NCBI GenBank assembly: GCA_001179505.1
Contig: CDMY01000404.1
Coordinates: 1-64,000 of the forward strand
Reading direction: 5' to 3'
Source: Vitrella brassicaformis CCMP3155
Lineage: Eukaryota > Protista > Chromerida
DNA length: 64,000 nt
Below, piece by piece: positions 49,184 through 61,146 of the stretch (positions are counted from its first letter, which is position 1; the number at the start of each line of letters is the position of its first letter). Under the pieces are notes generated by a model, which saw only the letters and a program-made list of their open reading frames with translations, was not told where the DNA came from and made no database searches. Both the position numbers and the translations under genes were made by a program.

Positions 49184-51444
49184 CTATCCCTCCGCTCGGC
49201 CGTCTGCGCCTCCATTCCCCTCCACAGGTCCCTCCCCCTCTCCCTCGCTATCGTCGTCGTCCACGTCGGTGTCGAGATCGGCCATCCCATCGCTGTCGTC
49301 ATCCTCGCCCTGCTGGCCTTGCTGGCGGGCGGCCCGAGCGGCCTCGTAGCGAGCCGTGTCGACACGGCCGGGGAAGTAGTCCAATAGTATATTCATTGCC
49401 TGATTTACGTCAATCAACACATAACATAACAACAAGCAGGCACTTTGTTGTCGGTGTCTCTTCTTGCTTCTGCATCTGCATCCCTACCTCAAACGCGACG
49501 TCCTGGTCGTCGTGTGTCTGCAGCGCCACCAACATGCTAACGTCAGCCTGCGTGTGCAAACAGACATGACCACAGGGGGAGGGCCCACCATCACACTGTG
49601 CGCCTGTCTGTCGCTATGTCAGTCACCTCTCGAATGAGCTGGCTGAAGGGGTTGTTGGGAAGGCTCTCGGCTACCTGCCTGTCCCTGCCATGACTGAAGA
49701 CACATACACACACTCATATACACACACTCGTGGTGCTCCTGTGGAGTGGTCTGCTTACTCGAGTATGTTGCTGAGCACCACGAGGACGTTGGGGTCATCC
49801 GTGCTGTCCAGGAGGCCGCAGAGGCGCTGGACACACCCATACCCGACCAAACCTTCGACCTGAACACATGGACGGGTCAGGGCAGAAGAAGAATTGCGAT
49901 CCGTTCTCCCATTCCCCCGCTACCTACCTGTTGCTGCGATGCGTTGTTTGCCAGGAGGGCCATGGCCTCTGCTGCAGCCTGCTTGAGGTGCCGCAGCCCA
50001 CCCGAGACGATGAAGTTGATGTCGATGGTCAGGCCGCTGTCGGCGTACATGTTGTCCGCCGTCATGATGTCGAGGAGGTGCGGCACTGCTCCACTATTGA
50101 CGACCGCCTCGACATGGCCAGCCGTCCCTTCATTCACAGACACACGGGTGACGTTTGCAATCAGGGACGATTGCTGGTATGCATTCGTTCGTACCCTCAC
50201 TGATCATGATCGTGAGAACACGACAGGCCTTGTCGTGCGCTCGCGCGAGACGAATCGCTCGCTCGCATCCGGCATCCTCCTCAGACATGTCAGACATGGA
50301 TGCGGGCATCTGCGGTTGCATGATCTCGTTGGTCGCCGGTGGCTGCAGCAGCTGGCTGAGCCGCGGGATGACACCACACTCAGCCAGCACGTCACGATGG
50401 GCATCGGTACCTGCATCAACACACAACCAAGAGTTGACTGACAAACAGCGCCACCTCTCCGCGTCAGGGCAACTGACCTTGTGCAATGTTGTCTAGCACA
50501 GTTAATGCGTTCTCTAGCATTCCACACATAACCCACTCCCCCGCCGCCAGCTCCACCAGCCGCTCACACACCCCGGTCGCCACCACGGCATCGCGATGCT
50601 CATCATCGTCCCTGCCGTCACTGATGGCCGCCAGCGCCGACATGGCTCCATACAGGAGGCAGCCCTCTTGGTCGGGCGTGTGGGTGCAGATGATGTTGGC
50701 CAAGACGGGCACGAAGGGCCCGATCTTGTCGAATGCGGGTGGGTCGGGGTTCCAGAAGCACAGGTAATACAGCAGGTCTGCACCGCCCTTGAGCACCTCG
50801 AAGGCCGTCCTCTCGCGCATCGTCGTCTGCAGTCGTGCGAGGACGCCCAGCTGCAGCATGTCGCCGCGCTCCTGGCCCAGGAGTGTTGGTCTGGCGAGAT
50901 TGACCAGTGTCTTCATGGCCGCCACACACACGCCGTCATCGAGTGACGACACCAGCTCCACGAGGGGCGGGACGGCACCGGCGTCGATGACGGCCTGCAT
51001 CTCTGGCCCGACGCTAGGTGTAGGCGGGCCGTTTGTATTGCCGGATGCGATGTTGTCCAGTGCGGATGCCGCCTGTTGCTGATGGTCGGGGAGGTGGTCG
51101 TCGCCCAGCCGCTCCACCAGCATCGGCAGGATGCCTGCATCGATGGCCTTCTGGGTGATGCACGGCACATGCCTGAGGGAAACCAGCTGGACGAGTGGCC
51201 GCAGCAGCTGCGAAGTGCTGTCGGGAGTTGTGGCGATGCTGGTGGAGATCTGGGTCATGACGGCAGAGATCTCGGCCTCCACGGCTTGAAGACCTCGTTC
51301 GGCCACCATCTGGTTGTAGCCCTCCTCCGTGCCGATGGAATCCAGCAACGCCGACGCCGACGCGTTGACCAATGCGCCCTGGGGCGACTCGGACAGAGGG
51401 CGCTGCTCAGCCGGGTGCTGCGTCGTGGTCTCCACCGACTCCAT
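49184..51444 (-). CDS. Importin-alpha-like armadillo-repeat protein lacking the IBB domain
   Basis: AIDAGILPMLVERL..QQQAASALDNIASGN..QAVIDAGAVPPLVELVSS..RDAVVATGVCERLVEL..EAVVNSGAVPHLLDIM..VEGLVGYGCVQRLCGLL..NPFSQLIRE..LQTHDDQDVAFE|AMNILLDYF follows the importin-alpha ARM1-10 order. Acidic C-terminal tail; no basic IBB at the N-terminus. Confidence 0.85.
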
Positions 51445-51899
51445 TTCTACTCTTGCGATGGTACGCGGAAGCCGCTCAAGGAAAAGAAAAAACGCAAAAT
51501 CGCTGGGAAAATCGGCGCCGTTCTGCTGGCCAAGATCGGATTGGCTAGGAGTGTCCGGGTTGTTTGTATGTCTGCTGTAGCCGACATTCACACGTGCACA
51601 CGTCGTATCTGGATAAACAGCTGACATGTGCGTGCATGCTGACGGACCGACTGACTGACGGACGGACGGACTGTCCTAACCTCACCGGCCCACTACACAC
51701 TGCATCTCTCGTAAGAACCAACCTCTCTCTCCGTGCGTGCAGTAATGAATGCAGCCAGTATAAGTCTGACATCATGCCCCACACGGCAGCTGGCTGGCGT
51801 TCGCGTCTGGCGCTCATTGCACGCTCAACACAGGTATGTGCAATGGATGGATGGCTGGATGGATGGGTGCGTGACGATCTGGTCATCATCGTCACGAAT

Positions 51900-54800
51900 T
51901 GAACAAGTGGGTCCTGCAGGGATACACACCCATGTCTGTGTGAGCTCTACCCATGTATTCCATCCATGTATTGTCCATCCATCCATCCATTGTCTGCCGC
52001 CAGCCGAGCTACATCAGCCGCACGCCGACCAGACTCACGTGTCTGAAACACACGACAGGCAACAGAGAGACAGGGAGGCGACGCGCGTTTATTGAGTGGG
52101 TGCAGCTGGGGATGGTCTGCCCGTCTCTCACCCGGTGTGCCGCGCTCGACAGACAGGGTGCTGACGAGCATGCTGACCTTGCACAGACCGGTGCCGACCA
52201 GCTGCGCCAGGAAAGGCTGCTCAACGCGACGAGGCGACCCGAAAGTCATCTTGATCTGAGTCCTCTTGTGGCCCTGGCGACGCGACCAGAGAGACGTAAA
52301 GCAGATTGCCCAGTGGCCATCTGTCTGTCTGTCTGTCTGTCTGTCTGTGTAAGGGATGTTTGGCGTGTGTCGGGCACCTTGAGCTTGTCGCTGAATGAGG
52401 TCACAGCGGTCATCATGCTGCTGTAGAATGCCTCGAACTGGTCATCCGCTACCGTGTCTGAAACAAACGAACAGACAGACAGACAGACAGACAGAAGCAC
52501 CATACACACAGACGCCACGCCGAATAGCTCTCCCACTTATTTCCGTTTCCCCCTCCTTACTCTTCACGTCAACATGCACTTCCTCGATCGGCGGCAGCTT
52601 CGTGGTGTCACGGTGCCACAGACAGGGGTGGTCGCGGTGCTGGGGGTCCGTGAAGGTGAGTGCGTCGGCCGATAGGCTGACACACACTGACGACAGGCTC
52701 CTCTCTCCCCGCCCCCTGCTCTCCCACGCCGTCTGCAGCCGCTCCAGGTACTGCCACACCTCACGAACAGGTGCAATCGCTGATGCGTCGATGTGCGACA
52801 GGCTGGGCATGCCGGAGGCGACCTCCACTGCGCGCGTCTTCTTGGCGAGTGCACCACCGACCAGCCGTAGGGTGTGGGCGGCGGCGAATGCGTCGTCCGT
52901 GATGGCCGCGGGGATGCTCTCGTCACGCCCGCTGTAAGTCACAGTGCCGGCAGTCTTAACGAAGCCGCCGATGAGCTTCTGGGCAGCGGGAGTGCCGGTG
53001 CTGCGGCTGGGCGCAATCTGGCTGAGCGAGAGGAGCTCCGCGTCAATGCGTCCAGATGTGCCGTCGTCGTTGAGCGCGAAGACCTCCTCCCAGACTACCT
53101 CGGGAGCCGCAACGGCCTCACTGATAGTACACGAAGCACAATCATGTGCTGCCCCCTCTCTCTTTCTGCATCCTTACATGAGCCGGGCAGCGCTTCCTGA
53201 CCACGTCACAGCACCGTTAAGACTCGGCATACACCTCACGGTGATCTTGACCTCGCAAACGGACCGCTTGGCGCCTCTCGCCACCATCACGTCACGCAGC
53301 ATGTCGATCCCGCTCCCGTTGGTATCCACCCGCACGACCTCATGCATAGACACACCTCGCAGTGTGCGCAGCGCCGCCAGCGACTTGCCGTCGGCGGGCA
53401 GCGCGCTCAGCAGACCGGCCGCGCTTGCGAAGTAGATGTTCTTGAGGTCAAGCACCTCAATGGCCTCACAGCCGCCAACCCACACATTCAGGCCCTTCCA
53501 CTCCTTCAGGCCATACGATGACTGACCCAAATCGGTCCCGACGCTGAGCGTCGTGACGGCAGGGGTGCGCCACTGGCGGTCTGCGCGAGCCGAGATGCAC
53601 TCGAGGGGGATGTTGTTGACGGTCTTGAGTGCCGGCAGGTGGATGGGGGAGGTGGGGGCGGGGGGCAGGTCAGATGAGGGGAGAGGGTCGGGGAAGAGAT
53701 TGCTTTCGTAGGGCCAGACGGCCTCGAATGACAGCACCTCCAATGTGCCGTCGTCAGCCGACTGCCCGCAGCCGTCAGCTTGCCGTGCCGCAGCTGCCGC
53801 AGCTGTCCCCTCCCTCTCGCGCTTCTGTTTGGCTGCCATGGCCGCTCGGCCGCTGGCGTGGCCTTCTACCAGCGCCACCCACGTCCCGCGACACCAAGCC
53901 TCTCGACCCACGGGGCGCCGGCGCTTGATCTCTCTGATGTTAGTCGCCCTCTTCCCCCACCTCTGCGCCACGGCCAGTGGCATGGCCGCCCACATGGGCC
54001 TCGCCGTGTCGTCCTCACAGTCGATGACCAGCTTGGCGTAGCTGGCGGCCGACTGGGTGAAGAGGCGCCTGCCGAGGGGCCGGCGGTAGCGCGTCAGCTC
54101 CCAGGGCTGCAGGTGGCCGAACACGTTGAAGAGATCATCACACGACAGACGGCGACGGGCCTGAGGGCAAAGAGAGAAGGCATTCATACGTTAAGGTGGG
54201 TTTGATGTATCAGGTCTATCGTGGTGTCATTCTCACCGGTTCTTCTAATTCGGGTGGACAGCCGCTCTCCTTGACCAGACGATACGATGGCCGCCGCGCC
54301 TGTGACCAACACATGCGGCGGAATGGACACAGTGCTCTATTCTGACTCTTTTGGGTGGATGATGTGCACCTGTGGCTGTTGGTCGGTCTCTGCAGCTGCC
54401 GAGCTATTGGCTGGTGGCGGCGTGGCGGCGGCCGTCAGAGCATCCACGGCTCCCGAGAGGCCCGACTCGACAGACGACAGCTGAGTGACGGCGGCTTTGA
54501 CATAAGACTCCAGAAGGGACAGCTGAGTGGGCACCAGCAGCGACTCATGGGACGATGCCTGCAAGACCACCGAAGGGCACCAAACAATGTGCCGTGACCT
54601 GCTGCCTGGTGCGGACTCTGCGTGTACCTCGGCAGGGTGATTGGCAGGGTCCAGCCGCTTGATCTTCGACAGATGAGCACCAACCTGATGCAGAGAGGAA
54701 CAACAAACACAGCGAGAGGGTGTGGCGCTGGGCCTGTCAGGTGCGTTCATCACAGCATACCTCCGAGTGAAGCTGCCGCAGCTGGTCCAGGCCTTGCTCC

Positions 54801-55490
54801 ACACGCGCCGCCTGATCCTTCAACTGAACACAACACACAACACACAACATGACACCACAGCCGTTGGATGGAAGCTGCTGGCTTCTCTTGCCCGTCAGTC
54901 CGCCACCCACCTGAGCTGTATCCATGGCGCCGATCATATGCCGCTATCAACGGTCCGCATGAACGGCGAACAAGCCTGCACCATCCCATGCAGCCACAAA
55001 ACCAACCAGATCAGGCGGCGGAAAGCATTGTGAAAGGGCCGTTCCTCGGTCTGAATTCTCATTTCTGTGCTCGACGTATGTCGCCCTCTGCCTGGGAGCC
55101 CTCGAGTAGCCCTCCCGCGCCACTCACCTGGTTAGTGCCACGCCTGGAATCGCTCCGGAGTCTGGCGATGAAAAGCCAGCCACAGGTGACCCCAAACAGC
55201 AAAGGCGGCAGCAATCACGCCTCTGCAATGAGTCTATTCCGTCAAATTGATGAGCGCTGATTTATAGGGTTTTCTGGGGTTTCAGGGTATGAACTACCCC
55301 ACCACCAGATCGCAGGCCCCCACACGAAAGGCACTAAGCAAACAAAGGCTGATTTGCTTCCTTGAGTTAGATCGGTAGGTCGCCTGCCTCCCACAAGCAA
55401 AGCAATTCATTCACACACATCATTCACAGCGGCTGTGACACTGTGTTTTAGCGTCCTTCCTTGTCTGTGTGCAGGTCTGAGTCACTGTCG
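51900..55490. repeat. Segmental duplication, arm 2 (inverted partner 18240-21720)
   Basis: See arm 1. Confidence 0.92.
52035..54937 (-). CDS. Family C copy 2, apparently intact
   Basis: Same exon structure as 18743-21633; ARRRLSCDDLFNVFGHLQPWELTRYRRPLGRRLF..WCRGTWVALVEGHASGRAA; ends ...RGTP|DT*. Confidence 0.8.
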
Positions 55491-55723
55491 TGTCGATGAG
55501 CTGAAAAGAATCGTCGCGTTTGTCCTTCCTGAGGTGCGCCAGGCAGAGTGAAGGAAAAGGCCAATTCGCATGGCCCATCGGCGCCGCCCTCATGTGCTGT
55601 GTGTTTGTGCGCACACAGGGAGGACCCTGAGCATCGCTTATTAGCTGCGGCTTCAGAGAAGGCATCGAAGACTTCTCATCGCACCGGACGACAGAGACCA
55701 GCCGCTGAATCAGATCTACAGCT
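54938..55723. promoter_or_regulatory. Putative bidirectional promoter between family C copy 2 (-) and family A copy 2 (+)
   Basis: Divergent ATGs; 54938-55490 is homologous to 18241-18742. Confidence 0.55.
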
Positions 55724-57903
55724 ATGGAGGGGGGCGGTAGACAGGTGAGGCGCATCACAGCACTTTTTGCCATGAACAGCTCAGGTCACCGAACGGGTGT
55801 TTGCTGTGTGTGGTCGGGGCGTGGGTGCAGCGCAAGAGGACCCGTCACAGTGAGGACGCGCCGGCTGCGGCTTCGTCTTCGTCTGCTGGTGGTGGTGTTG
55901 AGAGTGACGAGGAGCGCCAGCGACGGGAGGAGAGGGAGCGAAACCTTCGGCAACAAATCACTGACACGGTGAGCCAGCCACCGACGCACTGAGGGCATAC
56001 ACACTGATGGATATCCTCTGCCGTCCCATCTGCTGTGTTGCTGTACTTCAGGAGGGCCTTCTCAGCTACATGATGGCCTTCCTTCCCGTCAACCTTATGG
56101 TGCAGCTGGCCAAGTCCATCTGGCAGCACGCCGCGCCCGACCTCTCAGACGTCACCATCAGCTCGGCAACCAGGGAGGAGCGGTCGTTTTGGCAGCACGT
56201 CCATCTCGCCTTCGTCACCCAGCTGGCCGCCCGACTCACCCGACTCACAACCATCACCCTCCGGTACCCTGACGGGTTCCGCCTCTGGTGTTTCGACGTC
56301 TTTGTGGCCATCATCGAGGGCCACACTGCCGGCCGACGGGCAGCCAACCTCACCGGAGGGACACTGCACATCATCGCTGTCAAAAGAGGCGTTCGGCTGA
56401 TCGGCACGGCGAGGCAGACGGTCGCGAGGACTCACCCATCCCTCCCAGCCCCTCTCGACCCGCCCCCGACCCTCCACGCACTCACCACCATTGCCGGCCT
56501 GCGAGACGACCATGAGGAGCTGGCCGAGCGGGGCTGGCTGGTGCCATCACTCGCCGTCGTGCGGCAGGAGGGGTGGGACGCCGACAGATTGAGCCAACTC
56601 ATCAGCTCGTCCCGCTCCCTGTGGTGTGTGGACGGGACGTTTGTCGGTGAGGAGTGGGCGGATGTGTTTGAGGACATCCCTGCGACACCGGCTGGGCAGC
56701 AAGGAGGGCCACTCGCACAGCTTGAGGAAATCGGCACTATCCTGGTCGAAGGCGACGATCTGGCCGGCCTCAACCGGCTTCAGGTGACCACAAAGGGCAG
56801 GACGGCAGGGCCCGTGGATTGGCTCATGATGTCCTTCCTGTATGTGTGTTCTTGCCTTCAGGAAGCGCTCGTTGCGCGTGGTTGTCGACGGTCACTCAAG
56901 CAGCTGCACGTGGAGTTTGGTGCCGCACGCATCGACCGCCACACACTCCCCTCGCTGCTGGCCCTGGATCGGCTCGTCGGCACGTGCTGGCGACTGGACG
57001 CCGAACTCATACTTGAAGTCACCACCACCAGCCGTTTCGACTTCGACCTCTCCATGTTCTACGACACCGACTTTCCCACCCGCCCCTCACCCTCACTCAA
57101 GACCATGCTCCAGCAGCTGGCACGGCAGGCCCAGTGGGTGAAGTACATCCTCTCTCAGCAGGACCTCATCGACAACCTCGGCAGCCCCAGCCAATCGGCC
57201 ATCGACATCGTATCCAGCCTCTCATTCCGTCAGGCCTATGCGGTGGCAGCTGGCTATGCCCCTGGCTTCGACCCCCCGGCCAACACCCCCTCGCCCCACC
57301 CCGCCATCATCACCCACATGCAGCCGTTGCCGAAATTCTCAGAGGTGCTCACGTTCCTGTGTGTCCAGAGCAAATTGCGTGGTGCTGCCGCCCGGCTATT
57401 CGCCACCAAGATGCCAAGGAAGATCGAGAGGGTGGTCATCGGATACCTGTCGAGTGGTGAGGAGAAGGTGGGCGTGTTAACGGCTTTGGGGAGTGAGAGA
57501 GAGGTGGGTACGGTGGAAATGAGGCAGGTAGACGTCGACCAGCTGGTTGGGGCGGCCGATGGATTGCCGACGATCAGAGAACTGGAATTCACCCTGACAC
57601 GTACGCCGAGAGGGAGATGAGGGCATTAGTGTCCGTCCTCATTGCTGCCTTGTGTGTGTTCCCTCCCCTTCAGTGCCCAATGGTGTGGAGGATGCCGGCA
57701 GCTTCGTCCGCACCCGCCTCTCGTCTGTGATCTCGCACATCAGGGGCCTCCGGCGTGTGAGGCTGGAGGTCGCCGCCACGACAGCTGATCAGCGTGCTTC
57801 CGTCGAGACCTCCGTCGCTGTGGGCACCAACATCGACGGCTTCATTATTACACGCATATTCAACAACACTTGGCTGACAATAACTGCAGTTCGCAATGCC
57901 TGA
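55724..57903 (+). CDS. Family A copy 2, apparently intact (5 exons)
   Basis: Exons 55724-55744, 55831-55968, 56052-56783, 56862-57600 and 57674-57903 join in frame (MEGGGRQ|RKRTRH..QITDT|EGLLSYMMAFLP..RLQ|EALVARG..TL|PNGVEDAG..VRNA*). Confidence 0.85.
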
Positions 57904-58490
57904 GGTGAGGGAACGGCACTCGTAGGGGCTGATTGTGTGACCGTGTTCACGTGTGACCTCTGTGTGTGTTGATGGTGGTCTGTCAGGCCGGCTATTGTGT
58001 GTGGTGGGTCATTCATAGCGGAGGGGCAGTGGGGCCTTCTTAGCTGACGACTCTTATGTGCTGCATAGCATAGCTGCGATGTGTGTGTTCGTATTGATGG
58101 CGGCTGCCTTGCTTGCAATTGCTCGGCGCGGCGGACCCAGACATATGTCTGATGCTGCAGCTGATGTGTTAGCAACGTATGTGGCTGGACGTTTGATGTG
58201 CGGATGAGACCGATCGATGGACCGCTTGGATCGATTTGTACACATCAACCGTATCTGACGATCCAAGTCGGTCGACTGATGTATGGGGTGCCGTTCCATC
58301 ACGTAGCATGGATGTCTCGCCGTGTGTCTCATCTCGGGCAGCCAGGCTGACTTGGCTGGCTCTAGTGTACACAGGCAGCCAGGCCGGCAGGGCCTCTCCC
58401 TCTCTCTCTCTCTCTCTCTCTCACGCATCGTGTACACAACCATCACTCTCACGAACCATCCACGACCCGTTTCAGCGTCCATCCACCACC

Positions 58491-61146
58491 TCACGACATG
58501 ACGATAGCCAGGCGCCCCCACTTCCCCACCCCATTCATCCACTCCGCCACCTCTTCCACCTCCATCGGCATCGCACCCCCTCCGCCTTCGATGTCCATCA
58601 TCGCCAGTGTCTCCCGGTGTGCCACCGATTCCGCCCGTGTCTCTCCCGCTAGCCCGCGGAGGAGACAGAGGTCTCTGCTGATCTCTGTGTCAGACAGGCG
58701 GGCCATGGCGGTCTCTATCCGCTCCTCGCGCATGGCGTGCAAGCCGGGCGTCGCCCATGTGATCGTCTCCTTCTTGTTCTTGTTGTTCTGGCCGTGGCGC
58801 TTTTTGACTGTCTTGGCTGCCTTCGCCGCCCTCTCGTTAATCTGCACACGCACCCCGCCCTCCTGCGTCATGGATGGCCACCACAGGACCTCCTCCGGCA
58901 GGCGCGGGAAGGCAGGCATCTTGTCCTTAGAGCTGCCCTTGCTGGCCTCGCTGCGGGTCGCCGCCTGAGTGGCCTCGTTGGTTGCAAAGTTGGTCGATTT
59001 GTGCGGTGCTGGGTTGGGTGTGGGAGAGCGGCCGGAGGTGCTGCGGCCACGCTTGCCGCTGCGTGTTGCCATGGCGTGTGTCGTGGTTGCTTCGACCGGC
59101 TGCTGCTGCTGCTGCTGCTGCGGCTGCTTCTTGGGGTGGGGCTCGGGAATGGGGGGCGGCGGCGATGACAGGCCGAGCTGCTTGCGATTGCTGCGATTGC
59201 GGAAACCAGTTGGAGCCGACAACCGGGGCTGCTCGTCCCTGTTAGATCGGCAAAGACGGAATGCCTGAGTGGCTGTGTGCATCATTCCATGTCTTCCTGT
59301 GCAGATACCGACCTGGTGGCGGTGTTGTGGGCCGTGTGAGTGTTTGGCAAGGGCATGTGAATGGCATGCACTGTGCCTTTCCTGAGTCCTTTAGCAAGAG
59401 ATCTCTTCTTGTTGCGTCTAAACCGAGATGACGAAGGCCAGAAAGACACTCATTCACCCTGACTGGTGCTTGCACATGCGTGTGTGTCTCGGCCTACCCT
59501 TTTTCGATGGCCTCGGGCGGAGGGGGCGGCGGCGATGACAGCAGATGCCGACAGCCAACAGGCGCACCGATGGCCGACGACGACACACCGGGCTGCTCAT
59601 CGCTGCGCGGTGGAAACGATGGGCAATGAATGACAGAATGCATCGCTGGCTGTGTGGATGTAAGCATCTTTGTGAAAATGCCCACCTGATCGTGGTCTTG
59701 TGTGGCGCTTCGGTCTTCGGCAGGGTCATGTTGATGGCCCGCACCGTGCCGTCCTTGAGTGCCCTGGCCAGAGACGCCTTTCTCTTGCGTCTAGAGAAGA
59801 AGGACACCATGTATTCCGTGCTGATTGATCTGTGTGGGTGTCCACGTTTATACCCCTGATCGAACTTCATGCCGCCATTGGCCTCCTCAGCCACTGGAAA
59901 GGGTGGCTGCTCGCGACAAGCCAGCTCCTTGACCACATAGTCCCCCGGTCGTTTCTCGCTACCATGGCCGACGGGTGGGAGCGGAATCCCATCCGGTGCG
60001 GCGAGGCGGCTCCACTTCTCGGTGTCGTCATTGTCGCACTTGTGTGCTGGCGATTTGCTGTCGGGGCTGCGGGGCTGTTTGCGGGGCGAGGCGGGTGGGG
60101 GCGTGACGGGCTGGGGAGCCTCATTGACACCCAGTGACGCACACCTGAAGGCAAACAGACAGACAGCACAGGGACAGACCCAGAGACACATGGGTGGAAG
60201 CATCTATCGATTATGTATGTCTTTCTGTGCCCGTGTCTCTTTCCTCCTTACTTGTTCAGATTCGGTTGCCCGTATCCCGCATCCCCACTCACAGCCATGT
60301 CTTTCAGGCCAACCACACCACGCAGACTTTCCCCCTCGCCGGCGAAGGAGGCCTCCAGAGCCATGATAGTCTCTGACAGCCCGGCGGCCCTACCGTTGTT
60401 CGTCTTCTTGGGCACAACAGGCTCTGCGATGTTCGACTCAGCAGTACCGCCGATGGGTCTCTTGGCCATGGTGCGACCCGGTCGAGTCCTGAACCGGCAG
60501 GCATCATATTGAAGTATGTTAGTGTATCCGTGTTTTGCCTTGGTCGTCTCTGTGTATGTGCCTACCTTTGGATGGTTTGCTCGTCCACCAGCGGCATGCC
60601 CTTCTCCAACTCAAACGGTGGCACCAGCCTGACGTACACCCACAGATGCAGCAGGGAACGAAATTCTTTGTCAAGCGTGCCATACGCTGATCGATGTATC
60701 TTGTTTGTAATGCACGTGTCTCTGTCCCGCTCTCTCCCTGACTCTCTATTTGTATAATCCTTTATTTCTCTCCTTTTCTCTCTGCATGTTGCTTACATGG
60801 TCACCCTCGGTCCACCAACTTCCTTGCCCGACACACTCTCGTTGTCCTTGGCCATCCCCTTCATCCCCACATCCGCCCCCTCACCCAGCCCCTTCGCCCC
60901 CGTCCTGCCCTTGTGGTTCTTCTTGTCCTTTGCAGTGGCGCCTTGGGCCTCCGTCTTCGCGACGGTGGAGGCGCGCAGGGTCATCGTGTGCCTCCGCTGC
61001 GGCTCATCGGCAGCCTGAACGAACAAGCGAACGCAACACGATGGCAGGGATGCACTTGGGCATTGCAGACGGCCTTGAGCTTCGCATGCATAGCCATTCC
61101 TGACGGCGCTCACCTTGTTGGAGGCCCTGGTGCCCTTCTTGCCCAT
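58491..61146 (-). CDS. Hypothetical basic, low-complexity protein (possibly nuclear) with an internal two-exon tandem repeat
   Basis: Chain of GT-AG-bounded coding-like exons from MGKKGTRASNK (61146) to ..GRLAIVMS* (58491); K/R-rich; poly-Q. One junction (~59450) needs a weak GAG acceptor. Confidence 0.6.

Noticed and set aside
52035-52045. 4-nt micro-exon (cag|ACAC|gtgagt; also 21626-21629)
   Set aside because: Reading straight through gives D-T-stop in both copies, which explains the conservation without a micro-exon. It cannot be excluded without RNA data.
18240-55490. The inverted repeat arms as terminal inverted repeats of a giant transposon (Maverick/Polinton or similar)
   Set aside because: The arms are diverged gene copies rather than near-identical termini. 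The interior holds ordinary housekeeping genes, and no integrase, transposase, polymerase or capsid motifs or target-site duplication were seen.
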